NCBI GenBank assembly: GCA_963731045.1
Contig: CAVSVC010000022.1
Coordinates: 2,113 to 66,112, forward strand
From: an uncultured delta proteobacterium
Lineage (GTDB): Bacteria > Desulfobacterota > BSN033 > UBA1163
Reading direction: 5' to 3'
DNA: 64,000 nt
The notes beneath the pieces are model-generated. The model worked only from the letters and a program-made list of their open reading frames with translations. It had not been told where the DNA came from and did no database searches. This document shows, in pieces, positions 1 to 10,150 of this stretch. The position numbers and the translations under genes are program-made. Position 1 is the first letter of the stretch; every line of letters begins with the position of its first letter.

Positions 1-7
1 CGATTGA

Positions 8-810
8 AAGCACGAAAGCCAATCTTTCACTCTTACTGGACAAGCCGGCCGGTTCTCCGAAGTCGAGGCCATCGCAGGCAGAATCCAGATCACCACGGAC
101 CTGAAGAAGGCGATCGAGAACGCCCCGATGATCATCGAATCGGTGGCCGAGGATCTGAAGATCAAGCAGGACCTTTTCAAAGAGCTGGACCAGATCTGTC
201 CCCTCGATACGGTTCTGGCAACCAATACGTCCGTCATCAGCATCACGGACATTGCGGCCAAATCGAAGAATAAGGGCAGGATCGTCGGAGCCCATTCTCG
301 GTTTCCACCCTTCCTCATCCCCCTTGTGGAAGTGGTCAAAGGAAATGAGACCTCCGATGAGACCATGGAACTGACCTTCCAGTTCATGAAGAAAGCAGGG
401 AAATACCCGATCAAATGCATGAAGGATGTGCCCGGCTTCGTTGCGAACCGCTTGCAGCATGCTCTCTGGCGGGAGGCGATCTCCATCGTGGAAAACGGTA
501 TTGCAGACGCCGCCACCGTGGACGCGGCCATCAAGAACAGTTTCGGCATCCGGCTCGCCGTCCTCGGCCCCATGGAGAACTCCGACATGGCGGGACTCGA
601 TCTGATCCTGGCCATTCACAATACGGTTCTCAAAGATCCTCGAAGCGTCGCCCAATCCCTCTCCCCTGCTGAAAGAAAAGGTGCAGAAGGGTGGATTGGG
701 TTCTCAAAACGGGTAAAGGCTTTTATCCCCAATGGAGCCGGAGGATATGAAGAGGGTCAGGTCGAGACCTCATGAAGTACCTCATCGATTACTCACGGAA
801 AAGATCCTGA
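8..810 (+). pseudogene. 3-hydroxyacyl-CoA (3-hydroxybutyryl-CoA-type) dehydrogenase. The 5' end is outside the window and the frame is broken near the 3' end.
   Basis: Track ORF 128..775 plus in-frame codons from nt 8 read TTDLKKAIENAPMIIESVAEDLKIKQDLFKELD..NTSVISITDIA..LVEVVKG..GFVANRL. The conserved tail pieces (PLLKEKV / LKTGKGFYPQW / EDMKRVRS / LMKYLIDY) lie in three different frames after about nt 660. The stop is taken at 808-810. TGA at 5-7 is in frame, so another shift lies upstream. Confidence 0.75.
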
Positions 811-857
811 TGGATCTTTGAACGTCAATCATGACGTCAGAAAGGAGAGAAAGAGAA

Positions 858-1801
858 ATGGAAAAATTGATTATCAGTGCAGCAATCACCGGTAATATCA
901 CGCTGCCGGTGCAGACGCCTTATCTGCCTCTGACACCTCAGCAGATCATCGACGACGCGGTCCGCGCCGCCAACGCAGGCGCTGCCTCGGTTCACATCCA
1001 CGGCCGCGACCCAAAGACCGCCAAGCCCACGACCGACCCCGCCGTCTACAAGGAGATCGCCAGCGGCATCAAGGCCCGGAGCAACGTGATCGTTTGTGTG
1101 ACCACCGGCGGGCACGGCGGATATGACACCCGCTCAGCAGAGCCCAGGTTGTTCCGGCCCTGAAACCGGAACTGGCGACGTTCAACATGGGGTCTATCAA
1201 CTTCTCGATTCACCCCATCGTGGACCGTTACAAGGACGAGGATTACAAGTATCCCTGGGAGAAAGATTTCGCCGCAGCCACGAAGGACTTCATCTTCCGG
1301 AACACCTTCGGCGACATCGAGAAGCTGGTTCAGATTATGACGGAGAACAACACCAAGTCGGAGTTCGAGGTCTATGATGTGGGCCACCTTTACAACATCA
1401 ACTTCCTCATCCGAAAGAAGGTGATCGAAGCCCGCCGATCTGGCTGCAAGTTCGTCACCGGGATCCTGGGCGGCATCGGGGCCAACGTAGGACAGAAGTG
1501 GTGCACCTCAAGCAAACTGCTGACAGGCGTTCTTCGGAACGGAGAATTATGTCTGGTCCGTCATCGGGCCGGATACCCGGGCGGAGTTCAATCTTGGAAC
1601 CCTCGCCACGATCATGGGGGGAATGCCCGGGTCGGTATGGAAGACAATATCTTCGTCGAAAAGGGCGTGCTCTGCAAGAGCAACGGCGAACTGGTTGAGA
1701 AGATGGTTCGGATTGCCAAGGAGCTTGGCCGCGAAGTGGCGACCCCCGACGAAGCCAGAAAGATCCTCGGCCTCAAAGGTAAAGAGAACGTCAATTACTG
1801 A
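858..1801 (+). pseudogene. BKACE / DUF849 family beta-keto acid cleavage enzyme (3-keto-5-aminohexanoate cleavage enzyme family), frame interrupted
   Basis: Track ORFs 831..1163 and 1187..1801 are the two halves of one protein. They read MEKLIISAAITGN..LTPQQIIDDAVRAANAGAASVHIHGRDP..VTTGG, then ALKPELATFNMGSINF..EFEVYDVGHLYN..GILGGIGA..RVGMEDNIFV. There are at least two frame changes (about 1120-1185 and about 1440-1610). Confidence 0.8.
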
Positions 1802-1921
1802 TAGGCTGCGGAGGACTCGTGTTCCTCTTCGGCAAAGCCTTGAATGATTCTGATCGCCCCCATCTCCTTCCCCGACGGGAAAGGGATGGGGGTTTTGCTT
1901 TCGAAAGGAGGATGGGAGAGA

Positions 1922-2942
1922 ATGAAAGCGATGGTCTTGAGGGAGTATCAGAAGCCGATGAAACTGGAGGAGGTGGAAACCCCTTCCATCGGTGAGGAGG
2001 ACATCCTCCTCCGCGTGAAGGCCTGCGGCATCTGTTACACGGATCTGAAGATCTACAGGGGAGAGATTCCTCCCCCCATCGTCAACCTTCCCCACATCCC
2101 GGGTCACGAAGTCGCCGGAGAGGTGGTTGCCACCGGCAGAAACGTCTCAGGCATCAAGACGGGAGACAGGGGGCTGATCTACATCTACGTTGCCTGTCAC
2201 CGGTGTGAGTGGTGTCTGCGGGGACAGGAGAATATCTGCCAGGACCTCAAGCGGGTCGGCTTTGAACTCCCCGGTGGATACGCCGAGTATGTGCGGGTTC
2301 CCGCTTACGCCTTCTGTCCCTTTCCTCCGAACGTTTCTCCGGAAGAGATGGCGATCCTGACCGATGCCGTCGGCACCTCCTACAGGGCGGTCAAGGTGCT
2401 TGCAGGGATTCGGGTCGGCCAGGATGTGCTGATCGTCGGCGCCGGAGGACTTGGCATTCACGGTGTCCAGTTCGCAAAACTCTGCGGAGCAAACGTCATT
2501 GTGGCTGACCGGAAGAAGAAGGCTCTGGACCTTGCCCGGGCTTTTGGAGCCGACCATGTGATCGATCCCAGCGACCAGCCTCTGGAACAGATCCGGGAGC
2601 TGACACATGGAAAAGGCGTGGATGCTGTGGTTGAATTCGTCGGGTCGAAGGAAACCCTGAGCTGGTCCCTTCCCGGTTTGAAGAAGGGAGGAACACTCGT
2701 CATTGTGGGCTATGTTCCGGGACACCCCTTCCCTCTCGACACGATGGCCATGCACTACAACGAATGGATCATCAAGGGGGCGCGCCTGTGCACAAAAGGG
2801 GAACTGCTCGAAGTCATCCGGCTCGTCGAGGACGGGAAGCTGAAACCCGTCATATCTGAAACATTCCCCTTCAAAAAGCCAACGAGGCCTGGAAGCACTC
2901 CAGAAGCCGGACACGATCGGCCGGCTGGTTCTGACCTTTTAG
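1922..2942 (+). pseudogene. Zn-dependent alcohol dehydrogenase (MDR family); frame slips in the last ~20 codons
   Basis: GGAGG precedes ATG 1922. Motifs seen: CGICYTDLK, GHEVAGEV, structural-Zn motif CHRCEWCLRGQENIC, and GAGGLG NAD fold. The conserved end ANEAWK / LQKPDTIGRLVLTF* is reached only after two small frame changes around 2880-2905. Confidence 0.85.
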
Positions 2943-2961
2943 CCCGCAACGACAGAAGGCC

Positions 2962-4024
2962 TCATGCCCCCAAGATTGGCCGTGCTTTCGCGGGGCTGCT
3001 CGAAAGCAGTTTGAAGAGCTTCTCCGCATTCCCATGATAGAACTTCTCCCGGTCCTCGTCGCAGACCGGGAGGATGCCGAGGGCATCCAGGGACTCCTTG
3101 CTGCTCTCGAAGGGATGATCGGCTCCGAAGGCGATCCGATCTCCACCCAGGGCCAAATAGGCGCACATGAAGGCAGGCAGGTAATGCATGCCGCTGGAGG
3201 TGAGGAGGAAGTTGTCTCGAACGTAATCGCTCGGCCTTCTCTTGATCTTCGGCGTAAGTTCGGGATCGACCCACGGCTTCAACCAGTAGAAGTCAATTCG
3301 ATAGAGCCAGAAGGGCAGCCCTTCTCCCATGTGGCCGATGACGATCTTCAGTTTTGGGAACCTGTCGAAGAGGCCGCTGTAGATTAAACGCATACAGTGC
3401 AGCGACGTGTCCGCCCCGAACCCGAAGGGAGGACCGGCGAGGGGAAACCCATAGTCGGCATAGGGCTTCAGGATCTGAGGCGACGGGAGTGTGGGATGGA
3501 GGTAGATGGGAACGTCCAGGCTTTCTGCGGCTTCGAAAAGGTCCCAGTACTTCCTGTCGTCAAGATACTCCCCCCGCGTGTGGGAGTTCAGCTTGGCGCC
3601 CTTCATGTTGAGCTTCTTGACCGAGCGCTCCAGTTCCTTTGCCGCTTCTGCGGGTTCCTGCGGGAGCAAGGGCCGCAAGCCCGACGTACCGCTCAGGGTA
3701 TCTTTTGACGATTTCACTCAGTTCATCGTTGGTGTGACGCGCCATGGCCGTCCCATCGGCCGCATCGAATTGTTCCACCCCGGGAACGGTCAGGCTCAGG
3801 ACCTGAATGTCCACCCCTGCGGCATCCATCTCTTCGATCCGCCTCGGCCCTACATCGACGAGCTTCTCCTCGAGCGGGAAACTGCGGGGGACCCGCAAAT
3901 TCGGACCCATCCAGAGCCAGATGTTCTTCTCGCGGACCTCTTCTCTCGGGAAATCCTTCCTTGACCGGAGATATTTGAGATAGTCGTCCGTGTAAAAATG
4001 TGCTTCGAGATCGATCACGCGCAT
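2962..4024 (-). pseudogene. Amidohydrolase-2 (ACMSD / non-oxidative decarboxylase-hydratase) family protein, one frameshift
   Basis: Track ORFs 3560..4066 (MRVIDLEAHFYTDDYLKYL..VDIQVLS) and 2962..3717 (KGAKLNSH..PIYLHP..VIGHMGEGLPFW..FGADHPFE) join at about 3660-3700. GGAGG precedes ATG 4024. Confidence 0.85.
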
Positions 4025-4295
4025 AGAATCCTCCAATAGGGATAATGTTCTTGACCACGGCTTCACATATCTGCCATGGTGCTCCGGGGTTTGTCAAGCA
4101 TGGGCTTTCCTTTTGTCCTATGGACGTCAAAAGTACACACTCCCATTTGAAGCTTTCGCTCTATTTTTGCGTCTGGGAGGCTTTACTTTTCCCCAATACC
4201 CAATATAATTCGCGGGAGAGAAGCGGGTCTCGGTGAATTCGCTCTTTGAAAAGTCTATAGTCGGTGAAAAGAAATTATCTTCAGGAGGTTACGTT

Positions 4296-5280
4296 ATGAA
4301 GAAGTGTTTTCGGTTTCTCTTCGGGACTGCTTTGGTTCTGTCGTTTGTGCTGTGGCACCTGCCCTCACGCGACTCAAACCTTTCCAACCCAGCCCATCCA
4401 GATGGTCATTCCCATGGCTCCCGGAGATACGGTGGACATCGCAGGCAGAGCCATCGCTGCGGAGATGAGCAAACTCCTGAAGACACCGGTCGTTGCAGTC
4501 AATAAGGTCGGCGGAGGTTCGGGACGATCGGGGCCGATTTCGTCGTCCGCAGCAAGAAAGATGGCTACACGATCCTGTTTGCCAATTCCAACATCTACTA
4601 TGCCCATGCCATCAGCCCGGACACGGTTCCCTATCACCCATTGAACGATCTCGATACCCTTTGCTTCGCTGTTTCCGTTCCCCTGACCATACCGGTCCTG
4701 GCGGACGCTCCATGGAAGACCTTTCAGGAATTGATGACCTACATGAAACAGAACCCCGGAAAGGTCCGGGGCAGTTCCAGCGGCGTCGGATCGGTGGGAC
4801 ACTTCAATTTTGAGGTGATCCGGATTGAAACGGGAAATGCCATCACCATGATTCCCTTCAAGGGAGCCTCACCTGCCATGACCGCTCTCCTCGGCGGTCA
4901 TGTGGAAACCTCCACCCTGTCGCTCAGTCTGATTGCCCCGAATGTCCAGGCGGGAAAGTTGCGGATTCTCTTGATGTCACAGAAGGTCTCCGGAATATCC
5001 AAATGTTCCCACCCTCAAACAGCTGGGGTTCAAGCAGGACATCATGCCTGTCCGGTTTGCGTTCTACACACCGACCGGCCTTCCCGAATAGGTGAAGAAG
5101 GTTCTCGTTCCGGCCATCGAAAAGGCCATCCAGGCGCCTGAGGTGGTGAGCGCAATCAAGAACATGGGAGCCATCGGAGACTTCGTCCCGGGCGATCAGT
5201 TCAAGAAGATGCTCGCCGAAGAATACACGCTGGCCCGGCAGCTTCTCAAGTCGGCAGCGCCGGTGGCCGCACCGAAGTGA
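4296..5280 (+). pseudogene. tctC: Tripartite tricarboxylate transporter substrate-binding protein (TctC/Bug family), multiple frameshifts plus an in-frame TAG
   Basis: Signal-like MKKCFRFLFGTALVLSF follows an AGGAGG. Bug-family blocks are spread over frames: PIQMVIPMAPGDTVDIAGR, KDGYTILFANSN, GSSSGVGSVGHFNFE, IPFKGASPAMTALLGGHVE, KVLVPAIEKAI. TAG at 5089-5091 is in frame between ..FYTPTGLPE and VKKVLVP. Confidence 0.8.
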
Positions 5281-5400
5281 TATCGTGTTTTGTCGTCTAC
5301 ACTGGGTAACGAACGGGCCGACACAGGCTGTCGCGAGTTGAAAAAAGTGTCGTGGTAGACAGGGTTGTAATCATCCTGAATCCGTCCCCTGCATTTTATC

Positions 5401-6015
5401 ATGTTACGCAAGCGAGAAAAGATGAACCGGCCGTTCTATCTTGATGTCATCGATGCCTTAAACAAAGCTGGCGTACGATATTCGATTGTGGGAGGGGTAG
5501 CGGCCATTTTGCACGGAGCCCCAAGGATGACAGGGGACCTGGATTTGGCTGTTGTACTGGAGGCAAAGAATCTGCTGAGCCTTGTTGATGCAATGACCGG
5601 ACTGGGATATAAGCCGAGGGTGCCGGTAGATCCCAACGATTTGGCCAAGTCAAGGGAGAGAGAACTCTGGCAGAGAGACAAAGGAATGAAGGTTTTCACT
5701 TTCGTTCATCCGGACAAACCCTTTGCAGACGTCGATATTCTCGTAGAAGAGCAAGTGGACTTCCAGATAATATGGGAGCACCAGGTAAAATACCAGGCAG
5801 GCGAGACTGTCCTTCCGACAGCCTCGATTGATGATCTGATTGCAATGAAGCGCTTATCCGCGAGGGATAAAGACCTTTCAGACATCGCTGCTCTGGAACA
5901 GGATCAAAATGCTAAGAGAAAAGGAGAAGGAATAAGTTGGTCGAGCGTATTTTTGCACCCCCAGAAGATGATGACATCCGGCGGTTCATGTTGCTTTCCA
6001 TCGAAGACCGATTGA
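5401..6015 (+). CDS. Nucleotidyltransferase-fold protein (DUF6036 / AbiEii-like small NTase), function unknown
   Basis: Track ORF with the pattern VRYSIVGGVAAILHGAPRMTGDLDLAV...DVDIL...ASIDDLIAMKRLSARDKDLSDIAALE, typical of minimal NTase-fold proteins. The C-terminal ~30 aa look like run-on sequence. Confidence 0.5.
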   Translation: MLRKREKMNRPFYLDVIDALNKAGVRYSIVGGVAAILHGAPRMTGDLDLAVVLEAKNLLSLVDAMTGLGYKPRVPVDPNDLAKSRERELWQRDKGMKVFTFVHPDKPFADVDILVEEQVDFQIIWEHQVKYQAGETVLPTASIDDLIAMKRLSARDKDLSDIAALEQDQNAKRKGEGISWSSVFLHPQKMMTSGGSCCFPSKTD

Positions 6016-6110
6016 AATGGCTTGAAGAAGCGAAGGAGTTTGTTTTTACTGCGATGTCCCCCGAGAACAGGAAGATCTGGGAGGTTCTTCAAAAGTTCAA
6101 GTCGGAGTGA
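5937..6110 (+). CDS. Small hypothetical ORF (57 aa) overlapping the 3' end of the NTase gene in another frame. It may be a partner protein or the frameshifted true C-terminus of the NTase.
   Basis: TTG 5937 lies after AAGGAG. It reads LVERIFAPPEDDDIRRFMLLSIEDRLKWLEEAKEFVFTAMSPENRKIWEVLQKFKSE*. This frame opens just after a TAA at about 5911. It is not in the track because it lacks an ATG start. Confidence 0.25.
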   Translation: MVERIFAPPEDDDIRRFMLLSIEDRLKWLEEAKEFVFTAMSPENRKIWEVLQKFKSE

Positions 6111-6359
6111 CGAAAGACTGAACAAGGTCTAGCCAAACAAGCAGATTGCAACATTGCAAGCCCCACAATTTTCCCCTTACCCGATTAACCCTCCTTCGAC
6201 TCCTCGGTCAGGTGTTTCTTATAGCCTTTCCCAATGAAACCCAATCATCGATTTTCCCCCTCCTGAGCTTGTCAAGCCAAAAATGTCATTTGGAATGCAA
6301 TCGTGCGGACCGGGATATCCGGAGAACCAAAAAGTATGAAGACACGGCAAAGAAAAAGC

Positions 6360-6391
6360 TTGACATCGGAAATGTCTTAAGGTAAGACATT
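6360..6391 (+). promoter_or_regulatory. Sigma70-like promoter overlapped by a perfect palindrome (candidate GntR autoregulatory operator)
   Basis: TTGACA (6360-6365), a 17-nt spacer, then TAAGAC (6383-6388). AATGTCTTA-agg-TAAGACATT (6371-6391) is a perfect inverted repeat, about 30 nt upstream of the GntR start at 6419. Confidence 0.35.
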
Positions 6392-6418
6392 TATAACCTC
6401 CACCATTTTGGTGACGTC

Positions 6419-7147
6419 ATGGCCGGGCAAACCTCTCTTTCGCAGAACCGTTTTGTTCCGATCAAGAACAGGCGCCTCTTTGAGGTTGTCGCCGGGCACC
6501 TCAAGGACGCCATCTTCACAGGCCAATACAAATCCGGGGATCGTCTCCCCTCCGAGAAGGTACTCTGTGAATCCTTCCGGGTCGGCCGTCCGGTCATCCG
6601 GGAAGCGTTGCGGCTCCTTGAAAATTCCGGCATCGTCTCGATTCGGCCCGGAGCCGGGGGCGGAAGTTTTGTCAAAAAAGTTGATTCCGATCATCTCCTC
6701 AGTTCATTTGAAACGATCATCAGTCTCGATAAACTCACCCTTCATCAAATCACCGAAGCGCGGCTCGTCTTCGAGAGGGCGATCCTGCCCCTGGTGCTCG
6801 AACGGATCAAACCGGCAGATCTTCAGCGACTCGAAGAGAGCGTCAATCTCGCCCGGGAGGGCCTGACCCGGAAGATCCCGGATCCCAAGAATATCGAGTT
6901 TCACATCCTCTTAGCCGAAATCAGCCGCAACCCGCTGCTCATCAATATCACCCGGGCCCTCTTCGAGATCGTGCGAAAGTATCTCGGCCGCGTCGATCTC
7001 GATTTCGAGCGAAAGAAGCATGTTCTGAAAGACCATGAACTGATCCTGAAACTGATCAAGGAGCGAAACGACACGAAGCTTTACCGGTTTATGGAGAAGC
7101 ACATCAGGGAACTCAATACCCTCATCCCCAAAGAAATCGTTTTCTGA
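6419..7147 (+). CDS. GntR-family (FadR/FCD subfamily) transcriptional regulator
   Basis: Intact 242-aa ORF. The N-terminal winged HTH reads LPSEKVLCESFRVGRPVIREALRLLENSGIVSIRPGAGGGSFV, followed by a helical FCD-like C-domain. Confidence 0.9.
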   Translation: MAGQTSLSQNRFVPIKNRRLFEVVAGHLKDAIFTGQYKSGDRLPSEKVLCESFRVGRPVIREALRLLENSGIVSIRPGAGGGSFVKKVDSDHLLSSFETIISLDKLTLHQITEARLVFERAILPLVLERIKPADLQRLEESVNLAREGLTRKIPDPKNIEFHILLAEISRNPLLINITRALFEIVRKYLGRVDLDFERKKHVLKDHELILKLIKERNDTKLYRFMEKHIRELNTLIPKEIVF

Positions 7148-7210
7148 GCCTGCTGTCCGATAGCCGTTTCGAGAGACGAAACGATGAAATCAGGAAAGGA
7201 GGTCGTGAAT

Positions 7211-8228
7211 ATGAAAGGGGTTTCGTGGCTGTTCCTGGTCGGTTTGGGGTTTTTTTTGTTCTTTTCCGGCTCGCTCTGAACTCGCTGCCCAGCCTGTTGA
7301 CATCAAGATCACGACGGTTCAGCTCCGGCATCAGCAGATGGGAGTGGGGATCGATCGTTTTGCCAAGTATGCCCATGAAATACTGAAAGACAAAGTTCGG
7401 GTGAGGACCTATCCTGCGGCGCAGTTGTATACCGGCCAGGAGGAGACTCAGGCCGTGATGAAGGGAGAGATTCAGATGGCCTACGTCATCGCCTCCTCCA
7501 TGGATCTTCTTCACCCGAGCATGGAGTTGTGGAAGCTGCCCTATCTCTTTCCCGATATTGAAACGAGCTACAAGATCATGGACGGGCCTGTAGGAAAGAA
7601 GTCCTTCGCGAACGTGGAGGCCAAGGGGACCAAGATCGTGGGTTCCGTTTCTTCCGGAACAGCTCATTGTCTCCAACAGCAAGCGTCCCATTCGCAATGT
7701 GGAGGATTTCAAAGGATTGAAGATGCGCTCATTCGGTCCAATGGGAGCGACGACCTTGAGGGCCCTGGGGGCCATGGCCGTGGTGACGGCTTCGGAAGAA
7801 ACGTACACGGCCCTTCAGACGGGCGTGATCGACGGAGCAACGACTCCTGCCGGCGTCTTTTTTGCGCGCAAGTACTATGATGTGCAGAAGTTCGCCACGA
7901 ATCCCGGATTGATGAATGCCACTTTCGGCTTCCTCATTGCCAATACGGCCTGGTGGAACGGTCTTCCCCCGGATATCCGGAACGGGTTGTCCGAAGCGAT
8001 CCAGCGACTCATCAAGGAGCAGAGGGCAGAGATTATGGAGGACGACAAGAAGGTTTTCGGCCAGATTGCGGCCAAGGGGGTCCAGGTGATCACGCTGACG
8101 CCGGCAGGAGGAGGTGAGCTGGAAGAAGGCCCTGCAGTCGGTCTACCAGGAATTCTGCTCCGAAGATCGGCGCGGACCTGGTGAAAGGGGCTCAACTGGA
8201 GGCCGAAATGCTGAGCAAGACCAAATGA
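7211..8228 (+). pseudogene. dctP: TRAP transporter substrate-binding protein DctP family, several frameshifts
   Basis: AAAGGAGG precedes ATG 7211, followed by a signal-like MKGVSWLFLVGLGFF. DctP blocks appear in successive frames: IKITTVQLRHQQMGVGIDRFAKY..RTYPAAQLY, VEDFKGLKMRSFGP..ALQTGVIDGATTP, and SWKKALQSVYQEF / GADLVKGAQLEAEMLSKTK*. Confidence 0.85.
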
Positions 8229-8272
8229 GCAATGACACAAAAAAGGCAAGAAAGAGGATGAGGTGAAAACAT

Positions 8273-9528
8273 ATGGCTTACACAGCAGTCGAAAAAGTCT
8301 TTATGAACCATTCCGTCACCCCGCTAAACAGATTGCCCCGGGGGATATCGTGACCGCCCACATTGACTATGCCGGGATGCACGAAGGGTTTGACGCAAAA
8401 AAATACGAGCAGTTCAAACCCCTCGGAGAGATGATCGGTGTCTTCGACCCCAAGAAGGTGGGCATGTACCTGGGCCACCACTTCTGCACGGGACACAGTG
8501 ACGAACTGGCAGAGGATCAGAAGAAGACGAGGGAGTGGGCCGAAAAGCTCGGGATCCGGGTCTTCAACTTCGGTTCCGGGATCGCCCATATCCTCATCAT
8601 GGAGGAAGGACTGGCCTTTCCGGGCGCACTCTGCGTCTTCGGAGATTCCCACACTCCGGCCTACGGTGCGGTCGGAGCGATATCCGCCCAGTGCGGAATC
8701 GAGATGGCGCAGGTCTTCCTGACGGGCACGCTCTGGTTCAAGGTTCCCGCCACTCACAAGTATCATATCGAAGGAAGAACCTCCAAAGGCGTATACCCCC
8801 GTGATGTCATCCAGCATATCGTGGGAAAAGTGGGCATGGATGCCTCCGTTTACAAATGCATCGAATGGGATGGTCCGTACATTCATTCCCTGCCCGTGCC
8901 GGACCGGTTCCCTTTCACCCTGATGTCCACCGAACTCGGCGCAAAGTGCAGCTTTGTGGAGCCGGATGCGCTGACCGTCGAGTATCTCAAAGACAGGGTC
9001 AAGCACCCCTACGAGATCGTCAAGAGCGACAGGGATGCGACGTTTGAGAAGACCTACACCTTCGATGTCTCCAACCTGGAGCCCCTCGTCTGCGCCCCCT
9101 CTTCCCCCGAGAACACGAAGCCCATTTCAGAGACCCTTGGCGCCCGAATCGATCAGGTCTGCATCGGCACATGCACCGGGGGAAGCATCTACGACTTTCG
9201 CGAGGCGGCCAAAATCCTTAAAGGGAGGAAGGTCAAAGCACGAACCCTGATCATTCCTGCCACCCACGAAGTGCTCCAGGAGTGCGCTCACGAGGGTCTC
9301 CTTCAAATCTTCGTCGATGCCGGATGCGATCTCTTTCCGCCTTATTGCGGCACCTGCCAGACACTCAGCATCGGCCATCTCGCCCCGGGCGAGGTGCAGA
9401 TGCATCCCGGTCCCAGGAATTGGCCCGGCCGGACCGCAGAGGGCTCGCTCACTTACCTGGGATCTCCTGCCACCTGTGCTGCAACAGCAGTCGAGGGTAA
9501 AATCGCAGACCCTCGGAATTATCTGTAG
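8273..9528 (+). pseudogene. Aconitase-family dehydratase large subunit (LeuC / homoaconitase-like), N-terminal frameshift
   Basis: ATG 8273 gives MAYTAVEKVFMNHS. The frame then changes at about 8320 into track ORF 8263..9528, which carries GDSHTPAYGA, CIGTCTGG and YCGTCQ (Fe-S ligand regions) and ends GSPATCAATAVEGKIADPR. Confidence 0.85.
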
Positions 9529-9540
9529 GAGGAATGGATC

Positions 9541-10072
9541 GTGAAGATAACCAAGACAAATGACGAATGGACAGTGGAAGGAACGGCCTGGCGTGTCGGC
9601 AACAATGTCAACACCGAAAGCATCACTCCAAGCAGGTGGCTCCATGAAGGAGAGGCACCTATGCTGGAGCATATCGGCGAGATCCTCATACCGGAGTTTC
9701 CAAAGAAGATGAACAAGGGTGATTTCTGGGTGGGAGGATCGAATCTCGGCTGCTCCTCGTCGAGAAATGCGCCCCTCTTTCTCAAAAAAAAGGGGATCGG
9801 AGTCGTCCTTTGCCACAGCGCCTCGCGCATCTTCTACCGGAACGCCCTCAATTCGGGTCTGCCCATCTTCGAGATCGGGGACGAGGTGGCAAAGATACGC
9901 ATGGGCGACCGTCTTAAAGGTGAACGTCACGACCGGACGCATCGAAAACCTGACCACCGGTCAAACGATCCAGGCAAAGCCCCTGCCCGACTTCATCATG
10001 CAAATCCTGAATGCGGGCGGAATTACCGGCTACATCCTAAGCAGGAAGAGCGAGTACCGGTTACTCCGGTAG
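9541..10072 (+). pseudogene. Aconitase-family dehydratase small subunit (LeuD-like), one frameshift
   Basis: Track ORFs 9541..10116 (WRVGNNVNTESI..GSNLGCSSSRNAP) and 9719..10072 (VNVTTGRIENLTTGQTIQAKPLPDFIMQILNAGGI) join at about 9915. Confidence 0.8.
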
Positions 10073-10150
10073 ACCTTACATTCGGCAGACCCGTCGGAAA
10101 GACGAGCAGCTTGTAAGATTCCCAACCCTGGAAAAGCATCGGAGGGATGG

